64,000 bases of DNA from the NCBI GenBank assembly GCA_040285825.1, contig JAUPSS010000007.1, positions 1,896,689 through 1,960,688 of the forward strand. Reading direction: 5' to 3'. Source of the stretch: Eukaryota sp. TZLM1-RC (taxonomy: Eukaryota > Protista > Metamonada: BaSk clade). Each line of letters begins with the position of its first letter. Position 1 is the stretch's first letter. Under the pieces are notes generated by a model. The model saw only the letters and a program-made list of their open reading frames with translations. It did no database searches and was not told the DNA's origin. The position numbers and the translations under genes are program-made. This document shows, piece by piece, positions 34,431-45,609 of this stretch.

Positions 34431-35619
34431 TGTTAGATGTTGGATAACATCAAATCACGTGTGATGACGTGGCGATAGTTCAAGTTTAGTATTTGTAATT
34501 TAATAAAGCTTTTCCTTCGGTCACTGCAGTGGAAACCAACAATAACGTTATTGTCCCTGTGCCTGTCCCTGTTTCAGACCCGTCACTGTTCTTGTAACTG
34601 CCTTTGGTAAAGCCGTGCGATGCGTCCTGTCGACCGTCCCTATCTGACCTCGCTGTCCGAGGAAGATGTATGTATGTTTTTAAGCGAGTTTGAAGTGTAT
34701 CAGTCTGTCACTGATAGCACCAAAGTTGTTTCCTTAAGGCTCTCTGTAGATTTCTTCATTTTGAAGTCCTTAGAGTTGTATGAACCTAAGGTGAAGACTT
34801 CCGATAGTGTGTTGCTCAACTATTTGAAATCGCTAAACAATTTTCCGTCCTATGAAGCTTTCAACAAGACGGTCTCTCGGTTGAAAATGAACGTGAAAAT
34901 CCCTAGTGCCAGAGAAAGAATGAATGATTACCTCAGAAACTTTCTGAAGGTGAAGGAAAAGGCTGAAGGCCTCGCCATTCCGAATAATGTTTTCATGAAA
35001 CGATTTGCTGCTGGTATTGCTCCTAAAGGTCTGGCTTAATCCCTTGTGTCCCGTATTAATGACCAACTGTTACCTGATTTGAAAACCCTTGTGAAAGTTG
35101 CTACCGACGAAATTGTTGACCATGATAGATCTAAAGTTTGGTCAGGATCCATATCTAATACAAGTACTCGTTCTGCCGTCAGAGATACAGATATTGCTGC
35201 CAAAGCTTGTTACAGATGCCATAAGCCTGGTCATATTGCTGTTAATTGTCCTCTTCGCAATGGTAATGCCCAAACTTTTGATGTCAAAAGATCCGCTCAT
35301 GTTCATAGTATTGAAGAACTAGAACAGGTGAACACTGTACTTTGTGCTGTTAATGAAGCAGATATCAATAACTGTTCTGACTGATGCCTTGGAGACGCGC
35401 TGAATATTTATGATAGTGATTCTTCAGAAGAAGAGCCGTATGAACTTGTACTCAATCCATTAACAAGGATTTCCCCATCACTGAAGAAGAAGAGTGAAGA
35501 AGGGGTAGTGTTAGATGTTGGATAACATCAAATCACGTGTGATGACGTGGCGATAGTTTAAGTTTAGTATTTGTAATTTAATAAAGCTTTTCCTTTGGTC
35601 ACTGCAGTGGAAACCAACA
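34431..35619 (+). mobile_element. Gag-only miniature LTR retrotransposon (1189 bp)
   Basis: 111-bp LTRs 34431-34541 and 35509-35619 (TGTT...AACA, 2 differences); GAAA TSD; PPT before the 3' LTR; gag 34620-35384 with CYRCHKPGHIAVNC and one in-frame TAA; no pol. Confidence 0.9.
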
Positions 35620-35938
35620 GAAACTGTTTTGAATGACTTCCAAAAAGTGGTTCACGAAAAAACAATGAAAAAATTTGATATATGGTTTTATGGCGTTCAC
35701 GAATTCAATTACCATTATTAATAGATTACCTCGGTTTTTCAAACGAATAAGAGGAGCTTTAGCTAGACAGCAAGCAGATCAAGATTTTGTAGAGGAAATC
35801 TTGGTTCAATGATACTCGTCCCATTAGTTATGAATTAATTTAATTAAGTGTGCATGTTCAATAAATAGACTTATTTCTAAACAGTCATTATTAAAAACAG
35901 TTTGTTGCATAAGCTGGTCCCCCTACTACATTAACATG

Positions 35939-36012
35939 GCTCTCTTAGCTCAGATGGTTAGAGCGTACGACTGAAGATCGTAAGGTCCCCGGTTCAAATC
36001 CGGGAGGGAGCA
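35939..36012 (+). tRNA. trnF-GAA: tRNA-Phe (GAA)
   Basis: Acceptor GCTCTCT/AGGGAGC; D-arm GCTC/GAGC; anticodon loop CTGAAGA; GTTCAAATC T-loop; TTTT downstream. Confidence 0.95.
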
Positions 36013-36054
36013 TCATTTTAATGGCTTATTGAACGGTATCATTCCAAATAATTT

Positions 36055-36150
36055 TTACTATTTACTGAACTTGCATACTTAACAAAATAAACTCATAACT
36101 AATGTGACAAAATTCATTGAAGCAAGATTTCTTTTACAAAATCTTGATCA
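36055..36150 (-). mobile_element. Short diverged 3' tail of F1
   Basis: TCATAACTAATGTGAC...CAAGATTTCTTTTACAAAATCTTGAT matches the F1 3' end at ~43290-43376. Confidence 0.7.
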
Positions 36151-36484
36151 AAAATCTTGGTCTCTACAAATAAAATTGAATGGGGAATATGAATAACACC
36201 TTTTGAATGTGCACGATTTTAATGAAAACCAATTGATGTTGGAGATTATTTTCACTAACAATGATCAGAATTCACAACCAGAATCCCATTAGACGAGAAG
36301 GAAGTGGTAGATACGAAAGGCATTGAACACAAACAACAAACCATAAAGTTATAATTGCAACTGATTGTATGAACAATCCCTATGCGCTCTAATTGATCAT
36401 TCAAATTGTGTGAGAACATCACAAATTTCTTCCTGTAATTCTTGTTGAGGTAAACTGAAAAAGTAACGAAAATAATACTATTGT

Positions 36485-37361
36485 TCACTCAACTACTGAA
36501 ACTACTGAGTACTCGTTTTCTGAATGAAAAGACAAGCAACTAATTGCTCGTTCTACTCCCTTAATGATACCAAAATTGGACAAATCAATGACTGCCTCCT
36601 CTATTTGCTGGCTTGTTGTCTCTTCATGTCCGTGGTCTTCCTGAGGAGGAGGATTAACATGATGAGAAGGGTAAATCAGTATCTGAATGATCTGTACAAA
36701 CCTCATTAGAGCACTAAACGTTGTGGGCAGCCACAATGCAACTTGAGAGATCAGATAGCCATAAAACACCCACAGAACGGCATTTACAAAATTGAAATAT
36801 GTAAAGAACTTTGGATTGTAACTCCTTTTCTCTTTGAACGACAAAATAATGGGCTGTAGCAGAAACAGGCTACAGGATACATTACTGGTAATGGTAAGTA
36901 GCTGTATCGCGATCATTTGAAATGTTGAAGAAAGGAAAAAATGCCAAAAAATAAAGAAGCAAACAGCGAACGTATAAAGGATAAGCAGAGTACTCTCCAT
37001 AAGCACTGGATCGATTCCCTAATAGGTTAGTTTAAATAGACACCATACATAGTATAAAAGCGTTAAAATGTAAAAAATGGTGGAAAGAAGACTGGAGTTA
37101 GAACAAACACTACATACCCGATACCACTGGTAGAAACTGTGGCAAAATCGTTGATCAGAAAGCCCAAAATGAAACTGTTCAACAAGCTGCGGTGTAAGTT
37201 AAGGCGAATAAGCCATACTGCCAGTGAAAGATGGTCAAGTATGAGCCTGCCTCATTGACACGCTTTTGTGCCTTTCTAAAACTCCAATGAAGTTGCACAC
37301 TGCTAAGGTATGCAACAGCACACATGATAGTGGCAAATGTTCCAACAATAGCAACCAGCAT
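36485..37361 (-). CDS. SWEET/MtN3-like sugar transporter; introns 37187-37218, 37092-37117, 37019-37048
   Basis: Three GT-AG introns (32, 26, 30 nt) give one open, ~7-TM frame; second repeat FNFVNAVLWVFYGYLI...LWLP. Confidence 0.75.
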
Positions 37362-37433
37362 ATTTGAATCCTTGAAATAATGAATCGATTATGGTAGAAG
37401 AGTATATCAAATTGTTGATTTTTTTAGAAACCC

Positions 37434-37580
37434 TTTTTGGATGTTGAAGATAGTTTCTGATGCTTTGCTTTCTCTTGGATCTCACTATGAGAGAGTTGCA
37501 TCTAGTGTTTTTGTTTTGGGAGAGATGGATTATTTAGATGTTGATATATAAGTTTTTAAAATACGATAAATCAGTTAAAT
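37434..37580 (+). mobile_element. 5'-truncated F2 fragment just upstream of the SWEET gene
   Basis: Matches ~72-190. Confidence 0.75.
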
Positions 37581-37692
37581 TAAATTAAAGTTAAAATACA
37601 AAGCAGAAAACAATGCCATTCATTAATGAGTGAGCCTAGTTAGATGAATGAATTCAAACTGTGTATAACGACCAAAAAGAATTTATTAAGCT

Positions 37693-39963
37693 TTACCGAA
37701 CCACAACCCCAAAGCCACATTGTAGAATCCGACATTGGACCCTGGAAAATGTTTCCTTACTCAGCAAGGAGAAATCATCTTGATCAATTAAGCCAAATGA
37801 TGACGTGATTGCTGCCAAACACTGCTGAAGAAGTTCAGGTAAGCCAAGTTTTTCAGCGAGAGAAGTGCAGGACAATAGGTTCTTGGTGTTGACATAGCTC
37901 AACACCATCCTGCTTAATGAGTCAACAACACATGGAAAATTAAGTTGGTCAGCCAAATTCATACAGGATGCTATCAACTCAAAAGAAAGTTCGTCGTTTG
38001 AAAAAACATCTGAATGATTGAGAGAATTACAATAAATAATGTCTAAAATGAGACTGAACGGGTTAGAATCGACATAATCAAGCTTAATCAAACTCTCATC
38101 AGTTTCCTTTAAGCCACAGGTAAACAATGCCTTGAAAAAAGGAGAAAACATTGACAACACTGCACGATGGGAAAAAACTTTAATGCCATCTTTTAAATAA
38201 AGGCAAACATCAGCAAAATTTGGCTTGGAAAACCCATTATTCTCGACATTAAACTTTGGGTGAATAGCAGAAAAAGAAGATGAACTAGGTTCAAAATTAA
38301 ACAAGCTGTGGTAAACAAGATCAAAAATACAAGAATCTACTTGAGCAATCTCTTCATCAGCCAAGGTCGTATGAACAAGAATTTGGTCTTCTTCACGTGA
38401 AATTGACACCAACCAATCAATTTGATTGGTTTCTGATTGCTTGATTGACCGCCAAATATCAGGAAAACGACACGCGAATAACGGTAAATCAAAAGAAAAC
38501 AACTTGCCGAAATCAGACACGAAAATAACTGCAACCTTGCTAATCAAATCACCCCTGATTGATTGAATCAGACCCTTTCTTTCATTTTCATCAACCATTT
38601 CCCTTGACCGTCGTTGAACGCATTCCACTTTCAAACAGGAAGAAACCAAAAAGCAAACCCGTAACCCCAACCCCAAACCTACAAAATTATCCTCATTATA
38701 ACTTCTCATCTTATCTCCAAATATTCCCCCAGTAAGATAAGCCAAACCATTAGAATCAATAGCACCGATAACAGAGAAACCTCCAAATATGTGAGCAACA
38801 TTGATATGGGAAAGAGAGTCAAGTAGGACAGGTCCAGTTTTCTTCTTATTAATTCTACCAAATACCATCACATCATTCCCTTCCAGTAGAACGATACTAT
38901 GCTCACTACCACAGGCAATTTGTAAAGCTTTTCTGCAGTCTTTCTTAATTCTATTCAAAGGGTCATAAACATTACCTCCTATGGGCAATGGTCTGTGATC
39001 ATTCAGTAAATGCTCTCTTCCTAATTGGAGGTTGCCATTGCACCCAAAAGAAAACACAGTGCCATTCTGAAGAAGCACAAGTGAATGAAACCTTCCACAA
39101 GCAACGTCAACAGCAGCTTCAGGGAGAGAGAGTTCATGAAAAAAGGTGCAAGAAAGCTTTTCATGACCACATTGGCCGTCCTTGTTATTACCGAAAGAAT
39201 AGACCGTTCCTAGAATGGTAAGAGCAAGGGAATGAGTTTCCCCTGCAGCGACCTTGATGACGTGATGGGGGTCAAAAAAGTCAACTAAAGTCAAGGAAGG
39301 AATGACAACACTGCCAAAAGGACCTATTTGTTCATTAAGCTCAGAATAATCACAGGTTGCCATCAAAGTTTCATCACCAACTCCACACTGGAAAAAGTCG
39401 TTTCTCCCACAAGAATAAAGCTTATGATCAGAGGTAAGGATAAGGGAATAACGTCCACCAGCAGCATAGGAGAGAACATTGGAGAGAAGTAGTTGTGGTT
39501 GTTGAGATTTGAAAGTGCTGCTTTGGGGGTAGTTGTTGCCTAATTGGTAGAATTTGTTCAGACCAAATCCATAGCAATTACCACAAGCAGTGAGTGCCAA
39601 TGTATGATGAACACCTACACTACAAGAAACAATGTTAGAGAAGAAGGGCAACTGGAAATTCTTTCTACCAGTTGCATGAGGAGGAAAACATCGGGAGAGA
39701 ACACCAGGTGTTGGAGATGAGAATAAAGAAACAGAAGGTGCAACAGAGCCAATAAGGTTGATTCGTTTTGTGCGAGACCAGAGAATTGAGTTTCCTTTAG
39801 ATATGTAGCGAATTCTGTGAGATGGTACAGATAAGGCAAGAAAATCGTGAAGAGGGAGGAAGAATACACCGCCAAATCTATCCTCAAAACCAACAAAGAA
39901 ACGTTCTTTAGACAAAGAAGTATCGTGGACTAATCTGTTGATGATGCTGAGAGCGTCTTTCAT
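37693..39963 (-). CDS. MJ1316-domain + RCC1-repeat + BTB/POZ protein
   Basis: N-term ALSIINRLVHD...VGFEDRFGG...VPSHRIRY...LWSR; RCC1 repeats (VAAGETHSLAL, FGNNKDGQCG); BTB motif ADVCL...HRAVLSMFSPFFKALF. Confidence 0.85.
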   Translation of the reverse strand: MKDALSIINRLVHDTSLSKERFFVGFEDRFGGVFFLPLHDFLALSVPSHRIRYISKGNSILWSRTKRINLIGSVAPSVSLFSSPTPGVLSRCFPPHATGRKNFQLPFFSNIVSCSVGVHHTLALTACGNCYGFGLNKFYQLGNNYPQSSTFKSQQPQLLLSNVLSYAAGGRYSLILTSDHKLYSCGRNDFFQCGVGDETLMATCDYSELNEQIGPFGSVVIPSLTLVDFFDPHHVIKVAAGETHSLALTILGTVYSFGNNKDGQCGHEKLSCTFFHELSLPEAAVDVACGRFHSLVLLQNGTVFSFGCNGNLQLGREHLLNDHRPLPIGGNVYDPLNRIKKDCRKALQIACGSEHSIVLLEGNDVMVFGRINKKKTGPVLLDSLSHINVAHIFGGFSVIGAIDSNGLAYLTGGIFGDKMRSYNEDNFVGLGLGLRVCFLVSSCLKVECVQRRSREMVDENERKGLIQSIRGDLISKVAVIFVSDFGKLFSFDLPLFACRFPDIWRSIKQSETNQIDWLVSISREEDQILVHTTLADEEIAQVDSCIFDLVYHSLFNFEPSSSSFSAIHPKFNVENNGFSKPNFADVCLYLKDGIKVFSHRAVLSMFSPFFKALFTCGLKETDESLIKLDYVDSNPFSLILDIIYCNSLNHSDVFSNDELSFELIASCMNLADQLNFPCVVDSLSRMVLSYVNTKNLLSCTSLAEKLGLPELLQQCLAAITSSFGLIDQDDFSLLSKETFSRVQCRILQCGFGVVVR

Positions 39964-40551
39964 GAGTTACATAGAGGTGAAATTCCAGAAACTTTTACAA
40001 AGGAGACCTAGTTTATGAACCTAGTTTATGAAATGAGGGGAAAGTGTGGGAATAGTGAAAACCTCCCAAAACCAAGTTGAGGGTTAAAAACCTTCCAGAA
40101 CAGGCAACCAGAAGTCGAAAATGGGGCGACAAGTGTAAAATTTGATAGATGAGCTCTTTATTCTCACTACATGACAGACACCCACCCTGTGTCACGTGTA
40201 TTCACTCGGTCTTGTGCACTTAATTCGGACTAACCTTCCTTTGGTCACCGAGATTTGTCATGAAGCTTCTTTATTGCTTCAATCTTTTCTTCTAAATTTT
40301 CCGTTGGCATCTAGAGCTTTAGTGGAACAGGATGTATGGTATCTCTATTTGACCGTCATCACCACTGGTTCTTTTCCTAAGCCTTCCACATCTAAAGGCC
40401 AACGCCAATTACTCCATATCTGTTACAGTGGATTTCTTCCTGAATGCCCACAAGACAGGTCTCTTGTTTCTTTGTGGGAAAATTCTTTAGTGCCTTATAG
40501 AAATTCATTCAATCCTTTTCTCAATGCTTGGCTGCAGTCTCAGAATTGTAA

Positions 40552-43500
40552 TTTACACCACTTGATGAACTTAAAATGTTATCATCAAATTGTAAATTAG
40601 AAAGAATATGTGCAATATGTTGATTGAAAATACGGTATTAATTCCGGCATATATTGCAATAGAGCACCATGGATACTGCGACGACTTAGTGAATTGAAAG
40701 CATTACTAAAATCCAATGACATACAAACATTAAATTCATTTTGGCGAAATAAAACATCAGTAGGAAATATCGCTGAAGAGACTCCATCTGTGGTATTAAT
40801 ACCATATTGAAAGGGTAATAGAATATTTTTGCTTTCTCATTGAACCTGCTTAAGCAACACGCAGAAAAAATATTGTGTAAGCTCTCAAACACTGCAATAG
40901 GACGAACATCCATTTTTGAATTTTTGACAAGTGCAGTCAAACGAGAACTTCTTAATTCTTCTGGGTATTTGAGTTGACCAGACAATATTTTGTTGAAAAA
41001 TTTGGTTAATAAAACTCATTTTATTTATTGAATTTGCACACTTAATTAAATTAAATCATAACTAATGGGACGACTATCATTGAGCCAAGATTTCCTCTAC
41101 AAAATCTTGATCTGCTTGCTGTCTAGCTAAAGCTTCTCTAATTCGATTGAAAAACCGAGGTAATCTATTAATTATGGCAAATTGAATCCGAGAACGCCAT
41201 AAAAAAATATCAAATCTTTTCAATGTTTTTTCTTGCACCATTTTTTGGAAGTCATTCAAAAAAGTTTCTGCTTCAACTGATAATCTTCCATTTATCGAAA
41301 ATGGGAAAGCAATAAAAACCAGCTGTGTATTTCTAGCGACATTAGCCTCTTCAATATCTTTATCATATTTTCTATGTTTCTTTTTTGCTTTAAAATCCAG
41401 AGCAACCACAGGATTAAGTTTTCTTCTGTGAACCAAAGTATCGTTTGCAACATTACATGAGACAAAGTCAACAATAGCTTCAGAATTATCAATCCAATCA
41501 CAGTATACATCACCTCTATCATCAGAACCAAAATTATTCAGAGAAAGTGTTTCCTTCAGCAGGGGCTCTTTGATACACGATATCCTTGCAGTTTGTGCCA
41601 TAGTGAAAACAGTGTCTCTAACAGCATCATGTAATAAAGAACGATAAGTTATCAATTTAGAACAATTCAGAGCACGGCGCAAAGTGAGTTGAGGTGAATT
41701 CGAACAAATACATTTTTCTTTTAATAATAATTGATTAATGGGGATATTCAAATATAATCTCATTTTTGTTACAAATGCTTCATTAGTGGCACACAATCCA
41801 AATCTTCGTGGTACAATGGTTACAAAAAGTGAAGAGTCTGATGACTTATTTTCACAAACACCCTTTTCCAATAACAATGAGTGAAGATCTTGATTTAAAA
41901 CAGCCCAGCTGCAAATATTATTATAAAGATCATTTTCATACATTCCAGTCAATCGTTTCTGTAATGTTCGAAGAGTGTACTTCAAATTTAAAACATTCTT
42001 TTCTGGAATATTGCCATTGAATGATTGGGGAAAGCATCGACCCAATTTTTTGCGTCAATTTTTGAAATTTCTTCATTTAATGCAAAGACAGTGGAACTTT
42101 GCGTTGTCATCAATAAATCTTCCCAATCTGCAAATCATTCGGAAAACTTAAAGATTGCATTTCTGCATCCACCAACAAAAGCACACGAGCTAAGAATAGA
42201 AGCCTTCGTCCACCCTAAACCACCATAATGTGGAATAAGGTAAGCATGATTTAGAATTTGAAACATTTTACATCCCAGTAATTGAGACAGAACTTTTGCA
42301 CGTAACTCATTAAATTTCTGAGCCAAAGGTCTAGTGACGAGAGGATTTGTAGATCGAAATATATGATTAAAATTGGAACTAAAACACAGTCTTATAGTGG
42401 TAAATTTGATGTGTTTTTTTATATCTAAATTCATCAGTTGATCAATTTTTTCAGAAATTGAGTTCAACTTTTCAAACAATTTTTTGGTAATTTCATCATT
42501 ATTTCCTAAAAACGAACCCAGGTGACGAATAGCATCAATCAAATATAATATGGCTTGAATGTCAATACCATCAACTATTGTGGAAACTGGAGAATTCGAT
42601 AACAAAACACATTTAAGTAAATTAAGTCGGAGACCAATTTTGGTAAATAATTCTTTAAAATATACAGTTGCTCGTTTCACAATATTTAAATCACCAATAA
42701 GCACAACATCATCCATATATGCAATCATTCTTAGTGAAGGAAACATCTCTTGAATTTGCAGTAAAATAGCATGAATGGCCAAACAAAACAAAAGAGGTCC
42801 TAACGGATCTCCTTGCTTTACACCACTTGATGAACTTAAAATGTTATCATCAAATTGTAAATTAGAAAGAATATGTGCAATATGTTGATTGAAAATACGG
42901 TATTAATTCCGGCATATATTGCAATAGAGCACCATGGATACTGCGACGACTTAGTGAATTGAAAGCATTACTAAAATCCAATGACATACAAACATTAGAT
43001 TCATTTTGTCGAAATAAAACATCAGTAGGAAATATCGCTGAAGAGACTCCATCTGTGGTATTAATACCATATTGAAAGGGTAATAGAATATTTTTGCTTT
43101 CTCATTGAACCTGCTTAAGCAACACGCAGAAAAAATATTGTGTAAGCTCTCAAACACTGCAATAGGACGAACATCCATTTTTGAATTTTTGACAAGTGCA
43201 GTCAAACGAGAACTTCTTGATTCTTCTGGATATTTGAGTTGACCAGACAATATTTTGTTGAAAAATTTGGTTAATAAAACTCATTTTATTTATTGAATTT
43301 GCACACTTAATTAAATTAAATCATAACTAATGGGACGACTATCATTGAACCAAGATTTCCTTTACAAAATCTTGATTTGCTTGCTGTCTAGCTAAAGCTT
43401 CTCTAATTCGATTGAAAAACCGCGTTAATCAATTAATAATGGCAAATTGAATCCGTGAACGCCATAAAAAAAATCAAATCTTTTCATTGTTTTTTCTTGC

Positions 43501-44108
43501 ACCATTTTTTGGAAGTCATCCAAAAAAGTTTCTGCTTCAAATGATAATCTTCCATTTATCGAAAATGGGAAAGCAATAAAAACGAGCTGTGTATTTCTAT
43601 CGACATTTGCCTCTTCAATATCTTTATCATATTTTCTATGTTTCTCTTTTGCTTTGAAATCCAGAGCAGCCACCGGATTAAGTTTTCTTCTGTGAACCAA
43701 AGTATCATTTGCAACATTACATGAGACAAAGTCAACAATAGCTTCAGAATTATCAATCCAATCACAGTATACATCACCTCGATCATCAGAACCAAAATTA
43801 TTCAGAGAAAGTGTTTCCTTCAGCAAGGGCTCTTTGATACACGATATCCTTGCAGTTTGTGCCATATTGAAAACAGTGTCTCTAACAGCATCATGTAATG
43901 AAGAACGATAAGTTATCAATTTAGAGCAATTCAGAGCATGGCGCAAAGTGAGTTGAGGTGAATTCGAACAAATACATTTTTCTTTTGATAATAATTGGTT
44001 AATAAACCAAGACAATCTTCTGAAGAAATAATTGCGGCTTTAACATGATCAATAGTAATACCAAAAAGTCCGGCAGACTTACCGCGTGGTCACTTTTTGA
44101 TCACCGAA
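40552..44108 (-). mobile_element. Second F1 array: self-insertion plus 2265-bp tandem duplication
   Basis: Identical tail/RT junction at ~41003 and ~43268; TTGGTTAATAAA repeated at ~43267 and ~43995. Confidence 0.88.
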
Positions 44109-44127
44109 TTATCACGGATTTGATCAC

Positions 44128-44521
44128 GGATTATCTTCCAAAACAAAGTTTATCAAAAATACATGTCTGAAACGAATATTCAAACAATGTCCTTGTCAAA
44201 AATTTAATATCAACAGAAAAAGTTTGAAAAATAGATTTAAAAAATTTTATTGAAAACTAATGGTAATGAACTGCTTTTGACCTTTGAAGGTAAAAAAATA
44301 ACTCGAAATTCCACTCTGTGAAAAAAATTTCCACTTATTGAAGGATCATCTTCCAAAACAAAGTTTATCAACAATACAAGTCTGAAACGAATATTCAAAC
44401 AATGTCCTTACCAAAAATTTAATATCAACAGGCAAAGTTTGAAAAATAGATTTAAAAAATTTTTATTGAAAACTAATGGTAATGAACTGCTTTTGACCTT
44501 TGAAGGTAAAAAAAATAACTC
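44128..44521 (+). repeat. ~177-bp direct duplication with a 215-bp period inside Fanzor C
   Basis: 44128-44304 vs 44343-44521; each copy codes LKTNGNELLLTF. Confidence 0.85.
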
Positions 44522-45330
44522 AGAAAACACAGATGAGCTGGATGAACCACCGAAAAAAAAAGAAGATCAAGAAATGAAATGAAAAGTGACCCTGATGCCA
44601 ACAAAACCAGAGAAACACAGTTGAAGGGCACTAAAAAATGTCCCGTCGAAGACGTAGACATCCAGTCGAAATTTTACCTGGAAGGCCCCTTATTGGCGTT
44701 GATCTGGGACAATGAAGATTGTGTGGTTACTTCTTAAATGATTATCAATGTGGAGTTATCCCTTGTCCAACTGGCAGAAGATACATGACAAAACCTTCAC
44801 CCAGTAAACACTCTCCCAACCATTACTCCGTTCAAAATTTCAACCAATATTTGCACCATTGGAATTTGGTCAGAAGGAAAGTGTATTTGGAAAGTAATCG
44901 CCAGAAATTGAAAATAATTAAATTTGATAACCGCAGACGAAAAGAGAGAAGGTTCAGAGAGATAGTCTCAACAAATTTCAAAGGCTGGCTGGACATCCTG
45001 ATAAACTCTATCTTGCTGTGGGTTCTGCTAATTTCCCTTCTCATTGCTGAAAAGTCAATCGATATGGATCAGCAAGGGCTTTCAGAAAATGGTTGTGTTA
45101 TCAAATGGACGTGAAGCACTTGTCAACCAGTGAAATTTATACAAGCAAACTGTCAAGTTGTTGCATGGCCGAGAAATATTCAAGCAGGCTCATGGCAGAT
45201 GCGTATTTGTACTGAGTGTCAAATATTATATGACAGAAATATTTCAGCTGCAAAAAATATTCAAATTAAGAAGAAAGCGGAATTGTGGCCGGAAAGATAC
45301 ATTTGCCCAGAAGCTCTGTTGAGGAAATGA
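44128..45330 (+). pseudogene. Fanzor1 family C, degenerate
   Basis: RuvC-I LIGVDLGQ*RLCGY (GAT 44701), KIIKFDNRRRKER, YLAVGSANF, SEIYTSKLSSCC, CTEC, DRNISAAKNI; several frameshifts. Confidence 0.75.
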
Positions 45331-45609
45331 ATGGGGATCCTGAGCATATAGAAACATTAACTTTTTAAAACTGATATTTTATTTTGAGTTATTTTTAATT
45401 TTTTTTGGAAAAACTTTTGAGACCCCTGAACGCCTTAGTAGCATTTGGTAGATCCACTTAGATACATAAAGTCGCGAGGCTTTGTTCTGTGAAAGCAGTT
45501 GGTGTATTTAAGTGAGGTAGCCCATTGATGAAGATGATGATTGTCTTTGTCAAATGACGCTACATGTCTCTTACAGCCTGTGAGTAGACACTGAGAAAGT
45601 TGAAAACCA

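Larger units (their letters stand above)
25293..35870 (+). mobile_element. Nested/tandem array of CRE-like retrotransposon family F1
   Basis: RT motifs GVKQGDPLGP and AYMDD; RLE motifs CICS...HALNC, HDAVRD, EP, RGD; old copy 25293-26278 + 33328-35870; inserted copy 26279-31865; 1462-bp tandem unit. Confidence 0.9.

Noticed and set aside
35037-35039. In-frame TAA in the mini-element gag as readthrough or UAR=Gln recoding
   Set aside because: Context TAA TCC is not CARYYA and host genes end in TAA/TAG; likely a nonsense mutation
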